In this document: piece by piece, positions 19,988-30,316 of the stretch
Position numbering within the stretch: the first letter of the stretch is position 1
Layout: each line of letters starts with the position of its first letter
Assembly (NCBI GenBank): GCA_963772245.1
Contig: CAVYWB010000001.1
Span: forward strand, 664,977-728,976
Direction: 5' to 3'
Source: an uncultured Chloroflexia bacterium
GTDB lineage: Bacteria > Chloroflexota > Anaerolineae > Anaerolineales > Villigracilaceae
DNA: 64,000 nt
Notes under the pieces: model-generated
Database searches by the model: none
Told to the model about the DNA's origin: nothing
Seen by the model: the letters and a program-made list of their open reading frames with translations, nothing else
Translations under genes and position numbers: made by a program

Positions 19988-22654
19988 TTATCCATTTTCT
20001 CCAAGTGCCAGAAGGATGGCTTGCTCCAATGTCAAAGATATTCCCCTGGCTTCGGCGGCCTGTCTATTCAGTTCATCCAAGCCGGTGTGGATGAGCAAGA
20101 GATCCTTTTCCACATCCGCCTGCTCGTTGGCTGCGCGCTGACCGCCGGACTTCCGGCACAAACAGTCATCCCAAGCATAGAGAGATGCGGCGGCCTCCAA
20201 CCTACCTTCCACCACTGCCAGGCTGGCCAGGCCTTCAATAATTAATCTCACACCGCCGATATTTTGGTTGCCCTGCACCCGGTTGAGACTATCCGTGAAC
20301 CCCTGACGCGCTTCCTTATTCCGTCCCTGGCGCAAGTTTAGAAAAGCCAGGTCGACGTAAGGCCAGATATTATCACCCGAGCGCCCCAGTTTGTCGTTCA
20401 ATGCAATACTTTCAATGTAAGAAGCACGGGCCAGGATCGGATTCCCCAACCGGAAAGCCACCCGCCCAAACACATCCAGACTTTCGACCAGGTCATGTTT
20501 GAGTTCCAACCGACGCTGGATATCCAAGGCCTCCTCAATGAGCTGTCGGGCAATGGAATAATCACATTTGAGATATTTCAGGGCAGCCAGGCTTTTAAGC
20601 CGCAAGGCGACATTAATCTGATCACCCGCTTCCCGGCAAAGCGCCAGGCTTTGCTCTGTAAATACGACACCGTTCCCGCCTGCCCCCAACTCCATATATC
20701 CCAACTGTGCCAGTACGCGTGCCTGACCCACCTTATCTCCCAAAGCCCGAAATAATGACAAGCTTTCCTCATAGAATTTTCGCCCGGTGGGCGCGTCGCC
20801 CTGGTTGGCAGCGATATAGCCCAATTGGAACAGGCTGGCGGCTTCCTCCCCAAAGTCCTCAAGGTCACGAGCAAGCGCCAGACTCGCTTCGGCAAAGCCC
20901 CGGGCATGGAGCGGGTCGCCCAGGTAACAAAACAGGATGTTGCTTTTAATCACCATGGCCTTTGCCCGCAACCGGGGCAGGGCCTGTGCTTCAGGACGAT
21001 CGAGGAATGAGTTAATCCAATCGTACTGTTCCCGGATATGCCCACGTTGACACCAGAATAAATCGGTCTGAATGAGCAGCTGCAGCCCAGCTTCGACATC
21101 GGTTGCCAAAGACCATTCCAGCATGAGGCGCAGGTTGTCCAACTCGTCATCCAAACGCCTCAGCCATACGAGCGGGTTGGAACCTGCCATGCCGTCAGCG
21201 GCCTGACTAGAAAATGCGGCATAATATTTCCTGTGGCGATCACGCAAGGCCGCCACTTCGCCGACCTGGGAGGCCTTGCCGGCAGCATATTGGCAGACTG
21301 TCTCCAGGAGACGGTAGCGCAACTTCCGGCCGCGAGTGTACTGCACCAGCACAAGGGATTTGTTGACCAGGCTTTCAAGCAATTCCAGAATGTTATCTTC
21401 CGGAAGCGCCGCACAGGAACAAACGGCTTTGGCGGCTGCCAAACTCCAACTCCCGGCGAACACAGAAACAGATCTGAGCATTTTTTTTTCGGTTTCCGGC
21501 AAAAGGGTGTAACTCCAATCTATGGAGGCGCGCATGGTTTGCAGCCTGGGAAGAGCGGAACGATCACCACCTCGCAAGAGGTGGAAGCGGTCATCCAACC
21601 CACCGGCAATCTCTTCGATATCCATTACTTTGAGGCGTGCGGCGGCCAGCTCAAGTGCCAGCGGGATACCATCCAATTGACAGCAGACCTGCGACACAGC
21701 TAAGGCGTTTTGTTTGTTCAATTCGAAAGAAGGCAAGGCCGATTTGGCCCGGCGGGTAAAAAGGTCAACGGCTTCGTACTTCAGTAATTTCGAGGGAGAG
21801 CTGGCGTGGCCTGACTTGAGGAAGGACAGGGAGGGTACCAGGTATGTGCATTCTCCATTGATGCCGAGAGCTTCCCGGCTCGTAGACAGGATCTTCAGAT
21901 TTGGGCAGCCCTGCAATAAGGCACTAGCCAGAGCGGCGCAGGCGGCCACCAGATGGTCGCAGTTATCCAACACCAGCAGAAGCTGCTTAGCATATAGAAA
22001 ATCAACCAGGCCTTCCAGCACGGAAGGGGCATTGTCGGGGTGCAGGTCGAAGGCGGCTGTCACCGCCTGCGGTACCAACTCCGGCTCAGAGAGGGAGGCC
22101 AGCGTCACCAGCCAGGCACCCTGCAAGAATTTGTTTTGGTAAGTGTGCGCGACCTGCAAAGCCAGGCGGGTCTTGCCGATGCCGCCGACACCCGTGAGGG
22201 TAACCAGGCGATCGCCCGGATCATCCAACATCCGGCCGATCTGTTGCAGTTCAATCTGCCGGCCGATGAAGGGAGTCAGGGGCAAAGGAAGGTTGTGCGG
22301 CCGAGCTACAGGCGGATCTTGTAGATCCAGCAAGCCCAATTCACTGGCGCGTTGGATGGCTTCCTGGCGGGTGCTGACGCCTAATTTGGCATAAATCTGG
22401 CGGGTGTAGCCCTTAATCGAATTGGGCGCAAGCATGAGGGCAGATGCGATTTCACGGTCATGCAATTCCCCGGATAGGCGCGCAAGAATCTCGTGTTCGC
22501 GGCGGGTTAGCGTAACCCCAAGAGGAGTGAGCCTGTCAAATGAAGATTTATCCATGGCGATCCCCCCATTAATATTTGAACCCACTATTTTTTTCCCGGC
22601 CATATTGCCAACCCTGTTTATGAAACGAGAACTGCCATGTAATGTGCGTGTCAT
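19988..22654 (-). CDS. STAND-type transcriptional regulator: N-terminal LuxR HTH, NB-ARC P-loop NTPase, C-terminal TPR array
   Basis: HTH LTRREHEILARLSGELHDREIASALMLAPNSIKGYTRQIYAKLGV. Walker A LTGVGGIGKTRLA, Walker B LLVLDNCDH, and a long TPR-like C-terminus. The start may be the ATG at 22555 (MDKSSF). Confidence 0.85.
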   Translation of the reverse strand: MTRTLHGSSRFINRVGNMAGKKIVGSNINGGIAMDKSSFDRLTPLGVTLTRREHEILARLSGELHDREIASALMLAPNSIKGYTRQIYAKLGVSTRQEAIQRASELGLLDLQDPPVARPHNLPLPLTPFIGRQIELQQIGRMLDDPGDRLVTLTGVGGIGKTRLALQVAHTYQNKFLQGAWLVTLASLSEPELVPQAVTAAFDLHPDNAPSVLEGLVDFLYAKQLLLVLDNCDHLVAACAALASALLQGCPNLKILSTSREALGINGECTYLVPSLSFLKSGHASSPSKLLKYEAVDLFTRRAKSALPSFELNKQNALAVSQVCCQLDGIPLALELAAARLKVMDIEEIAGGLDDRFHLLRGGDRSALPRLQTMRASIDWSYTLLPETEKKMLRSVSVFAGSWSLAAAKAVCSCAALPEDNILELLESLVNKSLVLVQYTRGRKLRYRLLETVCQYAAGKASQVGEVAALRDRHRKYYAAFSSQAADGMAGSNPLVWLRRLDDELDNLRLMLEWSLATDVEAGLQLLIQTDLFWCQRGHIREQYDWINSFLDRPEAQALPRLRAKAMVIKSNILFCYLGDPLHARGFAEASLALARDLEDFGEEAASLFQLGYIAANQGDAPTGRKFYEESLSLFRALGDKVGQARVLAQLGYMELGAGGNGVVFTEQSLALCREAGDQINVALRLKSLAALKYLKCDYSIARQLIEEALDIQRRLELKHDLVESLDVFGRVAFRLGNPILARASYIESIALNDKLGRSGDNIWPYVDLAFLNLRQGRNKEARQGFTDSLNRVQGNQNIGGVRLIIEGLASLAVVEGRLEAAASLYAWDDCLCRKSGGQRAANEQADVEKDLLLIHTGLDELNRQAAEARGISLTLEQAILLALGENG

Positions 22655-23055
22655 GATTTAGATTGGAAGCTGCAAAGAAGTTTTGAAGATTTCTGGTCAT
22701 GCTGCCGACACGACGAAACAGAAATAATACTCCCACACTGTTGTCTTAGATAAAATATTCTAATTTATTATAAGTCAATTATAGGATTTATCAAGAACCG
22801 AATATTGCAAATATTGCTCCAAGCCCCTTAAAAACCCTTTCACGGGGGAACATGACAGGAGTTTTCCAATAGAACGATCAGGACCGAAAGTCCTTGGGAT
22901 CAATAAAGGGGGACAATAAATGGACCAAATTACCTGGCGACATTCTTTCCTTCGGGCTGTCTCATTTCCCAGCCATGAAAGGACAAGGGTGAGCCAGCCA
23001 ATAGAAACATGAGGAAGAACAAATCGAGAATGCAGTGTTTTACATTCTGCGTCAA

Positions 23056-24003
23056 CTACAGCCACTTCTCAAGGAATGCCAGACATTCGGCACGCATAGC
23101 GGGAGTCTCACGATGCCCGCCATCATATCGTCGCATTTGCCAGGCCTCACCGGCGTCCAACGCGGTGTAGACCTGGCGCAATTCCCGGTCGATACGCTCC
23201 AGGCCCTCCTGAGGTGTGAGAGGGTCAAGATCCCCGGCCAGGCTGAGGTGCGGGCGCGGGGCGATCAGCGCGTTGATTTGGGATGTGCTGAAATGCTTGA
23301 GCAGCGCGGGCACATAATAGTAGATACCATGTCCATCCAGCCCGCCGGCATCAATCAGGGCTTCAAAGTCGGTCATACAGCATATATCCACGCATACCGT
23401 GATACGAGGATCCAGTGCAGCAGTCCACCAGGCCATCGTGCTGCCCATCGACATGCCAATGGTACCAATCCTGTCCACGTCCACATCCGGACGCGCTATC
23501 AGGTAATCGACTGCCCGCAGGCTGTCGTAAACCATCTTCCCCCACAATACCTGGCCTTTCCAAAGCATCTCTTTGAAGACGTGTGACTCTGAGCGACCGC
23601 GGCGTTCGCCGAATAGCCATGCGTCGATACAAAACGAACTCCACCCACGGGAGATAAGCGCCTGCGCGTAAGGCGGCGTACACAGTTCCGAGCGGCCTAA
23701 AAGCAATTCATTCTTGCCCAATTGGTAATCCCCTCCATGAGCATGATTGTAGAGCAAGCAAGGGATACGACTGCTTGAATTTAAAGGTTTGACAAAAAAA
23801 GCCGGGACGGGCTCGAAGCCGTTCAAATCCAGACTAAGCTTTTCCAGGATATATCCATCCCGTTCGCTTTGTTCCAGCAACCGCGCACCAATTGGACCAT
23901 CCCTGGGTGGCAGGTCGCCTAGAAGGGCATACAATTCCCGGCGCTGCTTTTCCTGTTCCGCCAACCTAATTATCCTCATTCTTCTGACATTTTTCAATGT
24001 CAA
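23056..24003 (-). CDS. alpha/beta hydrolase (acetyl-esterase / dienelactone-hydrolase-like)
   Basis: GxSxG elbow GMSMGS, a downstream D (LAGDLDPL) and H (DGGHRE) consistent with a Ser-Asp-His triad. Confidence 0.75.
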   Translation of the reverse strand: MTLKNVRRMRIIRLAEQEKQRRELYALLGDLPPRDGPIGARLLEQSERDGYILEKLSLDLNGFEPVPAFFVKPLNSSSRIPCLLYNHAHGGDYQLGKNELLLGRSELCTPPYAQALISRGWSSFCIDAWLFGERRGRSESHVFKEMLWKGQVLWGKMVYDSLRAVDYLIARPDVDVDRIGTIGMSMGSTMAWWTAALDPRITVCVDICCMTDFEALIDAGGLDGHGIYYYVPALLKHFSTSQINALIAPRPHLSLAGDLDPLTPQEGLERIDRELRQVYTALDAGEAWQMRRYDGGHRETPAMRAECLAFLEKWL

Positions 24004-24060
24004 GCCTAACCATCAAACACAAATCCGTCTGCACGGAACATGAATTCCTGTTTACGGAAT

Positions 24061-24900
24061 TTATTTCCTATCAAACTCCGCCATAGTTGTACTAAATGCC
24101 CGGCGGCTCAAATGATCCAATGGTAACCCAGCCAATTTCTCTGACATCACTTCGACTGCCCAAGGACCTTTATAGCCCATGTCTTTCACACATTTGATCA
24201 GACCCCGGATATCGTATTGACCTTCCCCGCAAAACCTTCGACCGGATGGGTCATCAGCGGGGTTGCTGGGCAGGATCCCGTCGTTCAGCTCCACGTTGAG
24301 CAGAAACTTGAGCGGGATGCGGCGGATCTGTTCGAAGGTCCAGCCCTGGTGGACCACCTGGTATATATCGATGATCAGGCCGCCGTTGGCTGCCCCGGCG
24401 GTTTCCACCAGCGTGATGGCATCCGGGAGGCTGTCGATCATGGAGCAGCCCATAACTTCAAAGCCGATAGTGGCGCCAACCTGCTGCGCCTCAGCGCATA
24501 ATCCCGCAAAAGATTCTACCAGGCGCGGCATGGGTACAACTTCATTATAAAAATCCCCAACTTTGACGTGTTTGGCCTGCAGCGCAGCGGCGGCCTCGAA
24601 CAACCTTTTTTTGCGATTGTCGGATTCACCCTTGCGGGCACCCTGCAGGAACCAATCCGTCAGGAACTCCAATTCCAGGTATTGCAGGCCGTTATCGTCG
24701 AGGATGGTTTTCATTTCCTTGAGTGTGCGGTGCACAAGGATGTGCTCCAAGTCGGTATGCCAGATGCCGAGACCTTTAAATCCGGCCCGGGCGATGGCTT
24801 CCACCCGGTCCCGGAAATCGTAGCGACTGATCTCACCTTGGCCCGGGAAGATCCCGGCGGTAGTCCAATACAAACACATCAGATCAACAGCACTGTCCAT
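24061..24900 (-). CDS. sugar phosphate isomerase/epimerase (xylose-isomerase-like TIM barrel)
   Basis: 279 aa. ..GFKGLGIWH.., YLELEF, HVKVGDF, typical of the AP_endonuc_2 fold. Confidence 0.85.
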   Translation of the reverse strand: MDSAVDLMCLYWTTAGIFPGQGEISRYDFRDRVEAIARAGFKGLGIWHTDLEHILVHRTLKEMKTILDDNGLQYLELEFLTDWFLQGARKGESDNRKKRLFEAAAALQAKHVKVGDFYNEVVPMPRLVESFAGLCAEAQQVGATIGFEVMGCSMIDSLPDAITLVETAGAANGGLIIDIYQVVHQGWTFEQIRRIPLKFLLNVELNDGILPSNPADDPSGRRFCGEGQYDIRGLIKCVKDMGYKGPWAVEVMSEKLAGLPLDHLSRRAFSTTMAEFDRK

Positions 24901-25001
24901 ATTTCTCCCTTCGCCTCAGTCCATATTTTCATGGCACCAAGGCTTTACCAAGCCTCACAGGTCCAACATGTCAGACTTGTAAGACTTATCAGACATTGTG
25001 C

Positions 25002-25865
25002 TTATAGGACCACCTTGGCAAAATTCTTGATAGCCTCGATATGTTCCTGCGGTGTCTTGAACCCACTGCCCATGGTGTTGAAGGAAAGGTGCGTTGCACC
25101 TGCGGACTGCCATTCGTGCACGATTGTTTCCCAGCCATTGGGATCGCCGCTTTCATATGAAACGCGGGCCTCCAACCCAACCTGGCTGCGTGAGCGCCCG
25201 GCTTCGGCGATGAAACGGTCCAGCATCGCCAAGGCGGGTTTTGCATCGGCGGCAGTGCGGTACAGGGTAATCCAGCCATCCCCCAAACGTGCCAGGCGGC
25301 GCAAGGCGGCCTCGGCATTACCACCAAACCAGACCGGGATAGGCCGCTGGACCGGCAGAGGGTTGAGACCGGCATCCGGGATAGTGTGCCATTTTCCCTG
25401 GAATACGACCAACGGCTCGGTCCACAAGCGCCGCATCAATTCCACTTGTTCATCCAACCGTTTGCCACGATTGTGGAAGTTCTCGTTTAATGAGGTATAT
25501 TCGACTTCGTTCCAGCCCAGCCCCACACCCAGGCGCAAGCGGCCACCGCTCAATACATCCAGCGAGGCAGCCTGCTTGGCTACCAAGGCGGTCTGTCTTT
25601 GCGGCAGGATGATGACGCCGGCGGCCAACCCCAGTTTGCGGGTCACTCCAGCCAGGTATCCGAACAGCACGAACACTTCATGGAAGGGCGTCAGGTGCGT
25701 ATAAGGCCCCGTCCATCCTCCCGGACGCTGCGGGTTGGCACCCAGCACGTGGTCATAGGCCAGTACATGGCTGAAGCCCAGCCCTTCGGCGGTCTGGGCG
25801 TAATCACGGATGGCATTAGGATCGTTACCTATCTCTGTTTGCGGAAAAACCACACCAATTTCCAT
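25002..25865 (-). CDS. luciferase-like (LLM class) F420-dependent oxidoreductase
   Basis: MEIGVVFPQTEIGNDPNAIRDYAQTAEGLGFSHVLAYDHV.. and SGGRLRLGVGLGWNEVEY are typical of the Rv2161c-type LLM subfamily. Confidence 0.88.
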   Translation of the reverse strand: MEIGVVFPQTEIGNDPNAIRDYAQTAEGLGFSHVLAYDHVLGANPQRPGGWTGPYTHLTPFHEVFVLFGYLAGVTRKLGLAAGVIILPQRQTALVAKQAASLDVLSGGRLRLGVGLGWNEVEYTSLNENFHNRGKRLDEQVELMRRLWTEPLVVFQGKWHTIPDAGLNPLPVQRPIPVWFGGNAEAALRRLARLGDGWITLYRTAADAKPALAMLDRFIAEAGRSRSQVGLEARVSYESGDPNGWETIVHEWQSAGATHLSFNTMGSGFKTPQEHIEAIKNFAKVVL

Positions 25866-25979
25866 ACCAGCTCCTCCGGATGTTTTCTTTTTTTACCAGG
25901 TGTCCAGGATAATTACACGCGTAATAGCAGGATGGAGAAGATGATCACATAATCTTTTCGGTACCATCAAGAATCCCGG

Positions 25980-26396
25980 TCACGGAGTGGGAGTGTCAGT
26001 TGGAGGGGTACCGGTTACGGTTGGGGGGAGAGGAGGAGTGGGAGTTACTGATTCAGTGAGGAAAACAGGCAGCAGCGTCCAGGTAGGCGCCTTTGTACGT
26101 GTCGGCAACAATGTGTAAGTAGGTACCGCTGTCCGGGTGGGGGTGGGAGTCATGTAGGGTGAATTCGTAAAGGTCGGGGTAATTGTAGCCGTGTGCACGG
26201 GCAAATTAAGACCGGCAAGCGCTGGAGAAAGAAAATTCAGATAGGGTGGCAACTTTAAACCGGGAACGGAATAGCCGAAATGCAACAAGGCCACGACGCC
26301 GATACATGCCACTAACAACAAGGTTAAGAGGATCAGCAGAATTTTCTGGAACCAATTCAAGCCAGAACGTTCTTTGGATTTGCCAAGGTCATACAT
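25980..26396 (-). CDS. membrane-anchored Pro/Thr-rich protein, function unknown
   Basis: One N-terminal TM helix (ILLILLTLLLVACIGVVALL) followed by a PT-rich low-complexity tail. Confidence 0.55.
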   Translation of the reverse strand: MYDLGKSKERSGLNWFQKILLILLTLLLVACIGVVALLHFGYSVPGLKLPPYLNFLSPALAGLNLPVHTATITPTFTNSPYMTPTPTRTAVPTYTLLPTRTKAPTWTLLPVFLTESVTPTPPLPPTVTGTPPTDTPTP

Positions 26397-26564
26397 ATTG
26401 AACCTGTATCCTTATCGATTTACCGCAGGCACCACGAGCGGAACCAGTAGATAAAACTCATCGCCAGTAATCAGAGTTGCTTTAGGTTGGCACACAAGTG
26501 AAATCTTTTTCGATTGATCTCGATTCTACATCATTTATGTGAAAATTGTCCTAGGGCAAGTGCC

Positions 26565-27092
26565 CTAAAAATAATTCTTGCGAATGCTGTTCAGATGATG
26601 GATCTCATGACCAGCGATCATCCATGCCAAAGCGCGTACGCTTACCCGGTTCCCACCCACCATGCCAGCCCGGACAAACGCGGCTTTATCCAGGTTGTTG
26701 AAGAAAGCCAGCGTGGCCTTGCGAACTGCCGCATATTCTTCCAATATCGTGGTGATATCCCGCTGGTTTGCCCTGGAATAAGGCACGTATGCATCCTGTT
26801 CGAACCCGGACAAACCAGTGGCATCGTTGCGGGCAAAGCGCAAGGCCCGGTAACAAAAAATGCGCTCGGTATCCAGGATGTGGATCAGTATTTCCGTGAT
26901 GGTCCATTCCCCTGTTTTCCAGGGGGTTGAAAGGGTTTCCGGTGGAAAGGCCAGGATAAATTCCTGTGTGGACCGCAGCGCCTGCTGAAGATGATTTAAT
27001 ACCAGGCCGTCCTTCGGCACCAGGTCGATGTACATTACTGCATAGGAGGCATATTCGCCTTCATTGGGTTTCTGAATTTTTTGCATTTTCAC
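26565..27092 (-). CDS. DinB-family (DinB_2) metal-dependent four-helix-bundle protein
   Basis: Family-typical His residues (ILIHILDTERIF..., IAGHEIHHLNSI). 175 aa. Confidence 0.85.
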   Translation of the reverse strand: MKMQKIQKPNEGEYASYAVMYIDLVPKDGLVLNHLQQALRSTQEFILAFPPETLSTPWKTGEWTITEILIHILDTERIFCYRALRFARNDATGLSGFEQDAYVPYSRANQRDITTILEEYAAVRKATLAFFNNLDKAAFVRAGMVGGNRVSVRALAWMIAGHEIHHLNSIRKNYF

Positions 27093-27712
27093 TTTTTCCC
27101 ATTAATTTCCTCCGGCGTAGGCCGGCGGATCGATTCGTCATCATCCTCATCATCGCCTGCAGCAATCAGGCGATTCCGGAGGGTGGTAACCAACACATTT
27201 TGGTGGAGGTCTTCCTCCAAACGCTGGCCTGAATCTGCCCCGCTAAAGCGTTCCTGCCCGCGCGGATGGAGAGACTTTACGTCCGGTAACGGCGCCCGTT
27301 CCACTGCCATCACTTCCTCGCCAGCCAATGTAGAAAGCACGCGCTTCAATTCATCCATCTCCTTATTCTGATTCTCCAGCGTTTGCATGATGAGGGCGTG
27401 CATTTCTGTGACATGCGTATGATCCTCGGTGGCGCGCTTTTCCTGCAATTCCGCAATTTGTTTCTGGCGGGCCTCGGAGATGGTTGCATACAATAACACA
27501 ATCGAACTTACCGCCACGCTCATGACGTTAAGATAACTATTCACAGCCAACACCAACTTAATATGATCAGCATAGATGATCAATGGGATGAGCAAAGCCA
27601 TGGTAAGCAGGATGACGAATCGAAAGGTAAGGAAACGTACCGGCAATGGTAGGACATAGCGGTCCAGCAGGTCGTTGATCCGGTTAATAGTCTTTTTCAG
27701 CTTGGTTGTCAT
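27089..27712 (-). CDS. membrane protein with two TM helices and a coiled-coil/acidic tail, function unknown
   Basis: 207 aa. Its stop overlaps the dinB-like start (ATGA), suggesting translational coupling. Confidence 0.6.
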   Translation of the reverse strand: MTTKLKKTINRINDLLDRYVLPLPVRFLTFRFVILLTMALLIPLIIYADHIKLVLAVNSYLNVMSVAVSSIVLLYATISEARQKQIAELQEKRATEDHTHVTEMHALIMQTLENQNKEMDELKRVLSTLAGEEVMAVERAPLPDVKSLHPRGQERFSGADSGQRLEEDLHQNVLVTTLRNRLIAAGDDEDDDESIRRPTPEEINGKK

Positions 27713-27992
27713 AGCGATGATAACTCCTCATCCTTCAAACTTTCTGTTAAAACATTATTCCTTCTCTCTGGCATATCTGGTGGATCTGCATAAAGGAAGC
27801 AAAAGACAATATCAGAATGGTGTGGAATGGACAGCCGGGTATTCAATGTATATCATTTTACTACCCCTTCCAGACATGCAAGCTGGGTTTTCTCCTGCGT
27901 AAGCGGTTCCTTTGCGTGGCAAACCAGCCTTAGCCCGCCAAAGGAGTTGCGGTCTGAGGCTTGTTATCGAGATCTTTTCTAATATAAGGTAT

Positions 27993-28878
27993 TTAGTGGG
28001 TGGAAAAACTCTGGTAGGCTGTCCAAGCGCTGGGACCATTGGCGCCGTTCGTCCTGATCCGCCAATACAAAGGAGTGGAGGCCGGCAGGTTGGAACCCGG
28101 GGTATGGAGGAAGCGGAAGAGGAGATGGATGCATTTACGAGGAGTGATGAAAACGAAGTGACCCTAGATACCTGCTGGATGTAGCATGAGGAACCGGGGA
28201 CTTGAGTCCAGCTGAAGGTGGGTTTCAGGCTGGTAACCGTCACAGCTCCAACCGGTGCGATAACGACCGGCGGGCTCTGTTTTGTCCAGAAGGTGCGTGC
28301 GGATGTCCAAGTGCTGCACTCGGCACTGGTGTTGCACGCCTGGCAGTGCCAGTTCCAGGTGGTGTTGGAAGGCAAGGCAGATACGGGAGCGGCACTGGAA
28401 TTGTAGATTTCTCCAGTCCTAGTCTGGATAATAAGCGGGTTGGAAAAACCGGCATTGTGATCAATCTGTAAGATGTAGTGATCGAAGGATGCGGCTCCCG
28501 AGGGAATAACCGTTTCGGACTAGTCGATCAGGGGCGTGTAGCTGCCAACCAGGGTGTCGCTGGACGGAGCCAGTAAGTTGGGTGTGCTGGGTGGGCTGCC
28601 GGTGGTATAAGTGCTGAAGTCTGACCAGGTGCCCGGGCCGTTGTCGCCGCTGGCGCGGGGACCTGTAATCCCTGCATGGCAGGATGGTCATCCACCATCA
28701 ACACCTACGGGAAGACTCCATCGAGAAGAGTTGTCCCATCGGAGGCCAAAATTGGTTTACGTGCCAAGGATAAAGGATCCCAAGATGTCGCCGCCGCCCT
28801 ACTCACTCCAAGGAAGAGCGCCAACGAACATATTACCGACCATCAAAGAAAACTGTCACTGGTATGGTGTCTTTTCAT
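27993..28878 (-). pseudogene. degraded gene for a secreted repeat protein (PTFSW..VPG..Y.IQVS-type repeats)
   Basis: ATG at 28878 with a signal-peptide-like start (MKRHHTSDSFL*WSVICSLALFLGVSRAAA). Following the repeats requires in-frame TGA at 28843-28845 and 28688-28690, TAG at 28520-28522 (LID*SETV, where the sister repeat has TFSWTQV), and frame changes near 28765 and 28100. The conceptual end is LPASTPLYWRIRTNGANGPSAWTAYQSFSTH*. Confidence 0.65.
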
Positions 28879-29029
28879 CCACAACCTTGCAAAACTCTCA
28901 CCTGCCTGAATTCTCAGATAATTAGTAGTATTAGACGATTTAATTGTAACACTATTATCCGGGCAGCAAATTTGCACCTGACTGACAACTTTCAGCCGGT
29001 TTTTTGGATATAAAGTCTTGTAAGGCGGC

Positions 29030-30316
29030 TTAATTCTCGGTCAGGCGCTCAATATTTGCGCCTAGGGAACGCAGTTTTTCATCCACCCGCTCGTAACCGC
29101 GGTCGATCTGACCGACATTCCGGATGGTGGATTTTCCAGGCACTGCCAGGGCGGCCAACAGCAACGCCATTCCGGCACGGATATCGGGGCTTTCCACTTT
29201 TTCACCGAACAACCTGGAAGGGCCGGTGACTATGACCCGGTGAGGGTCACACAAGACTATTTGTGCGCCCATGGCCACCAGCTTATCGGTGAAATACATG
29301 CGGCCTGGATACATCCAATCGTGAAACAGGACACTGCCACGCGCCTGGGTAGCCACCGTGATGGCGATACTGACGAGGTCGGTGGGGAAACCCGGCCAGA
29401 CATTGGATTTTATTTCCGGGATGGCATTGCCCAAGTCTGGCTCGATCTTCAAGCGCTGTTTTCCCGGGACCAGGATATCCTCTCCCTCCACGGTCCACGC
29501 TACGCCCAAGCGGTGGAAAACGAAGCGGATCATATCCAGGTACTGGTTGCCGGCATTATGGATGCGCAGCTCGCCGTGTGTGACCACCGCCGCGCCTATA
29601 AAACTAACCACTTCCAGGTAATCCGGCCCGATCGTGAACTCGCCCCCATGCAGACGCTCCACGCCCTCAATATGCAGCGTATTGGAGCCGATCCCGCTGA
29701 TGTTGGCCCCCAGCGCATTGAGCATCATGCAGAGGTCCTGGATATGCGGCTCGGAGGCCGAGTTGCGGATGACGGTCGTCCCGCCGGCGGTAACTGCAGC
29801 CATCAAGACATTCTCCGTGGCGGTCACGGAGGCTTCATCCAGCAAAATATCGGCACCTTTGAGACGTTTGGCCATGAAGGCAAAGGAGGAGTGGGAGTAG
29901 TTAATCTGTGCGCCGAGGGCCTTAAGCGCCAGGTTATGCGTATCCAACCGGCGGCGGCCGATCACGTCCCCGCCTGGCGGCGGAAGTTGGAAGTCCCCGG
30001 TGCGGGAAAGCATGGGGCCGGCCAGCAGGATGGAAGCGCGGATGCGCCGACAAAGGTCCGGGTCCAGGTCGGCCGGCCGCACGCTGCGGGCCATAATCCG
30101 CCAGGAACCAGCCCCCAGGTCTTCAAACTTCACCCCCAGACTGGCAACCAATTTGCGCATATCGTTCACGTCACGAATATCCGGAACATTGTGCAGGATG
30201 ACCGGTTCATCTGTCATAAGTGTGGCTGCCAGGATGGGCAAGGCCGCGTTCTTGTTTCCGGATGGCGTCATCTCGCCTTTCAGGGGTATTCCGCCTTCGA
30301 TGTGAAACTTCTCCAT
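29030..30316 (-). CDS. murA: UDP-N-acetylglucosamine 1-carboxyvinyltransferase
   Basis: Full-length alignment by eye to E. coli MurA: KNAALPIL, the PGG-x-IGxRxxDxH loop, FPTD, DIRAGMALLLAAL, IDRGYERVDEKLRSLGANIER. Confidence 0.95.
   Translation of the reverse strand: MEKFHIEGGIPLKGEMTPSGNKNAALPILAATLMTDEPVILHNVPDIRDVNDMRKLVASLGVKFEDLGAGSWRIMARSVRPADLDPDLCRRIRASILLAGPMLSRTGDFQLPPPGGDVIGRRRLDTHNLALKALGAQINYSHSSFAFMAKRLKGADILLDEASVTATENVLMAAVTAGGTTVIRNSASEPHIQDLCMMLNALGANISGIGSNTLHIEGVERLHGGEFTIGPDYLEVVSFIGAAVVTHGELRIHNAGNQYLDMIRFVFHRLGVAWTVEGEDILVPGKQRLKIEPDLGNAIPEIKSNVWPGFPTDLVSIAITVATQARGSVLFHDWMYPGRMYFTDKLVAMGAQIVLCDPHRVIVTGPSRLFGEKVESPDIRAGMALLLAALAVPGKSTIRNVGQIDRGYERVDEKLRSLGANIERLTEN

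Noticed and set aside
22775-23065. 96-aa minus ORF in the AT-rich promoter region of the STAND regulator, and the AATATTGCAAATATTGC repeat at 22801-22817.
   Set aside because: The ORF has no SD or motifs. The short repeat is too small to interpret beyond a possible operator.
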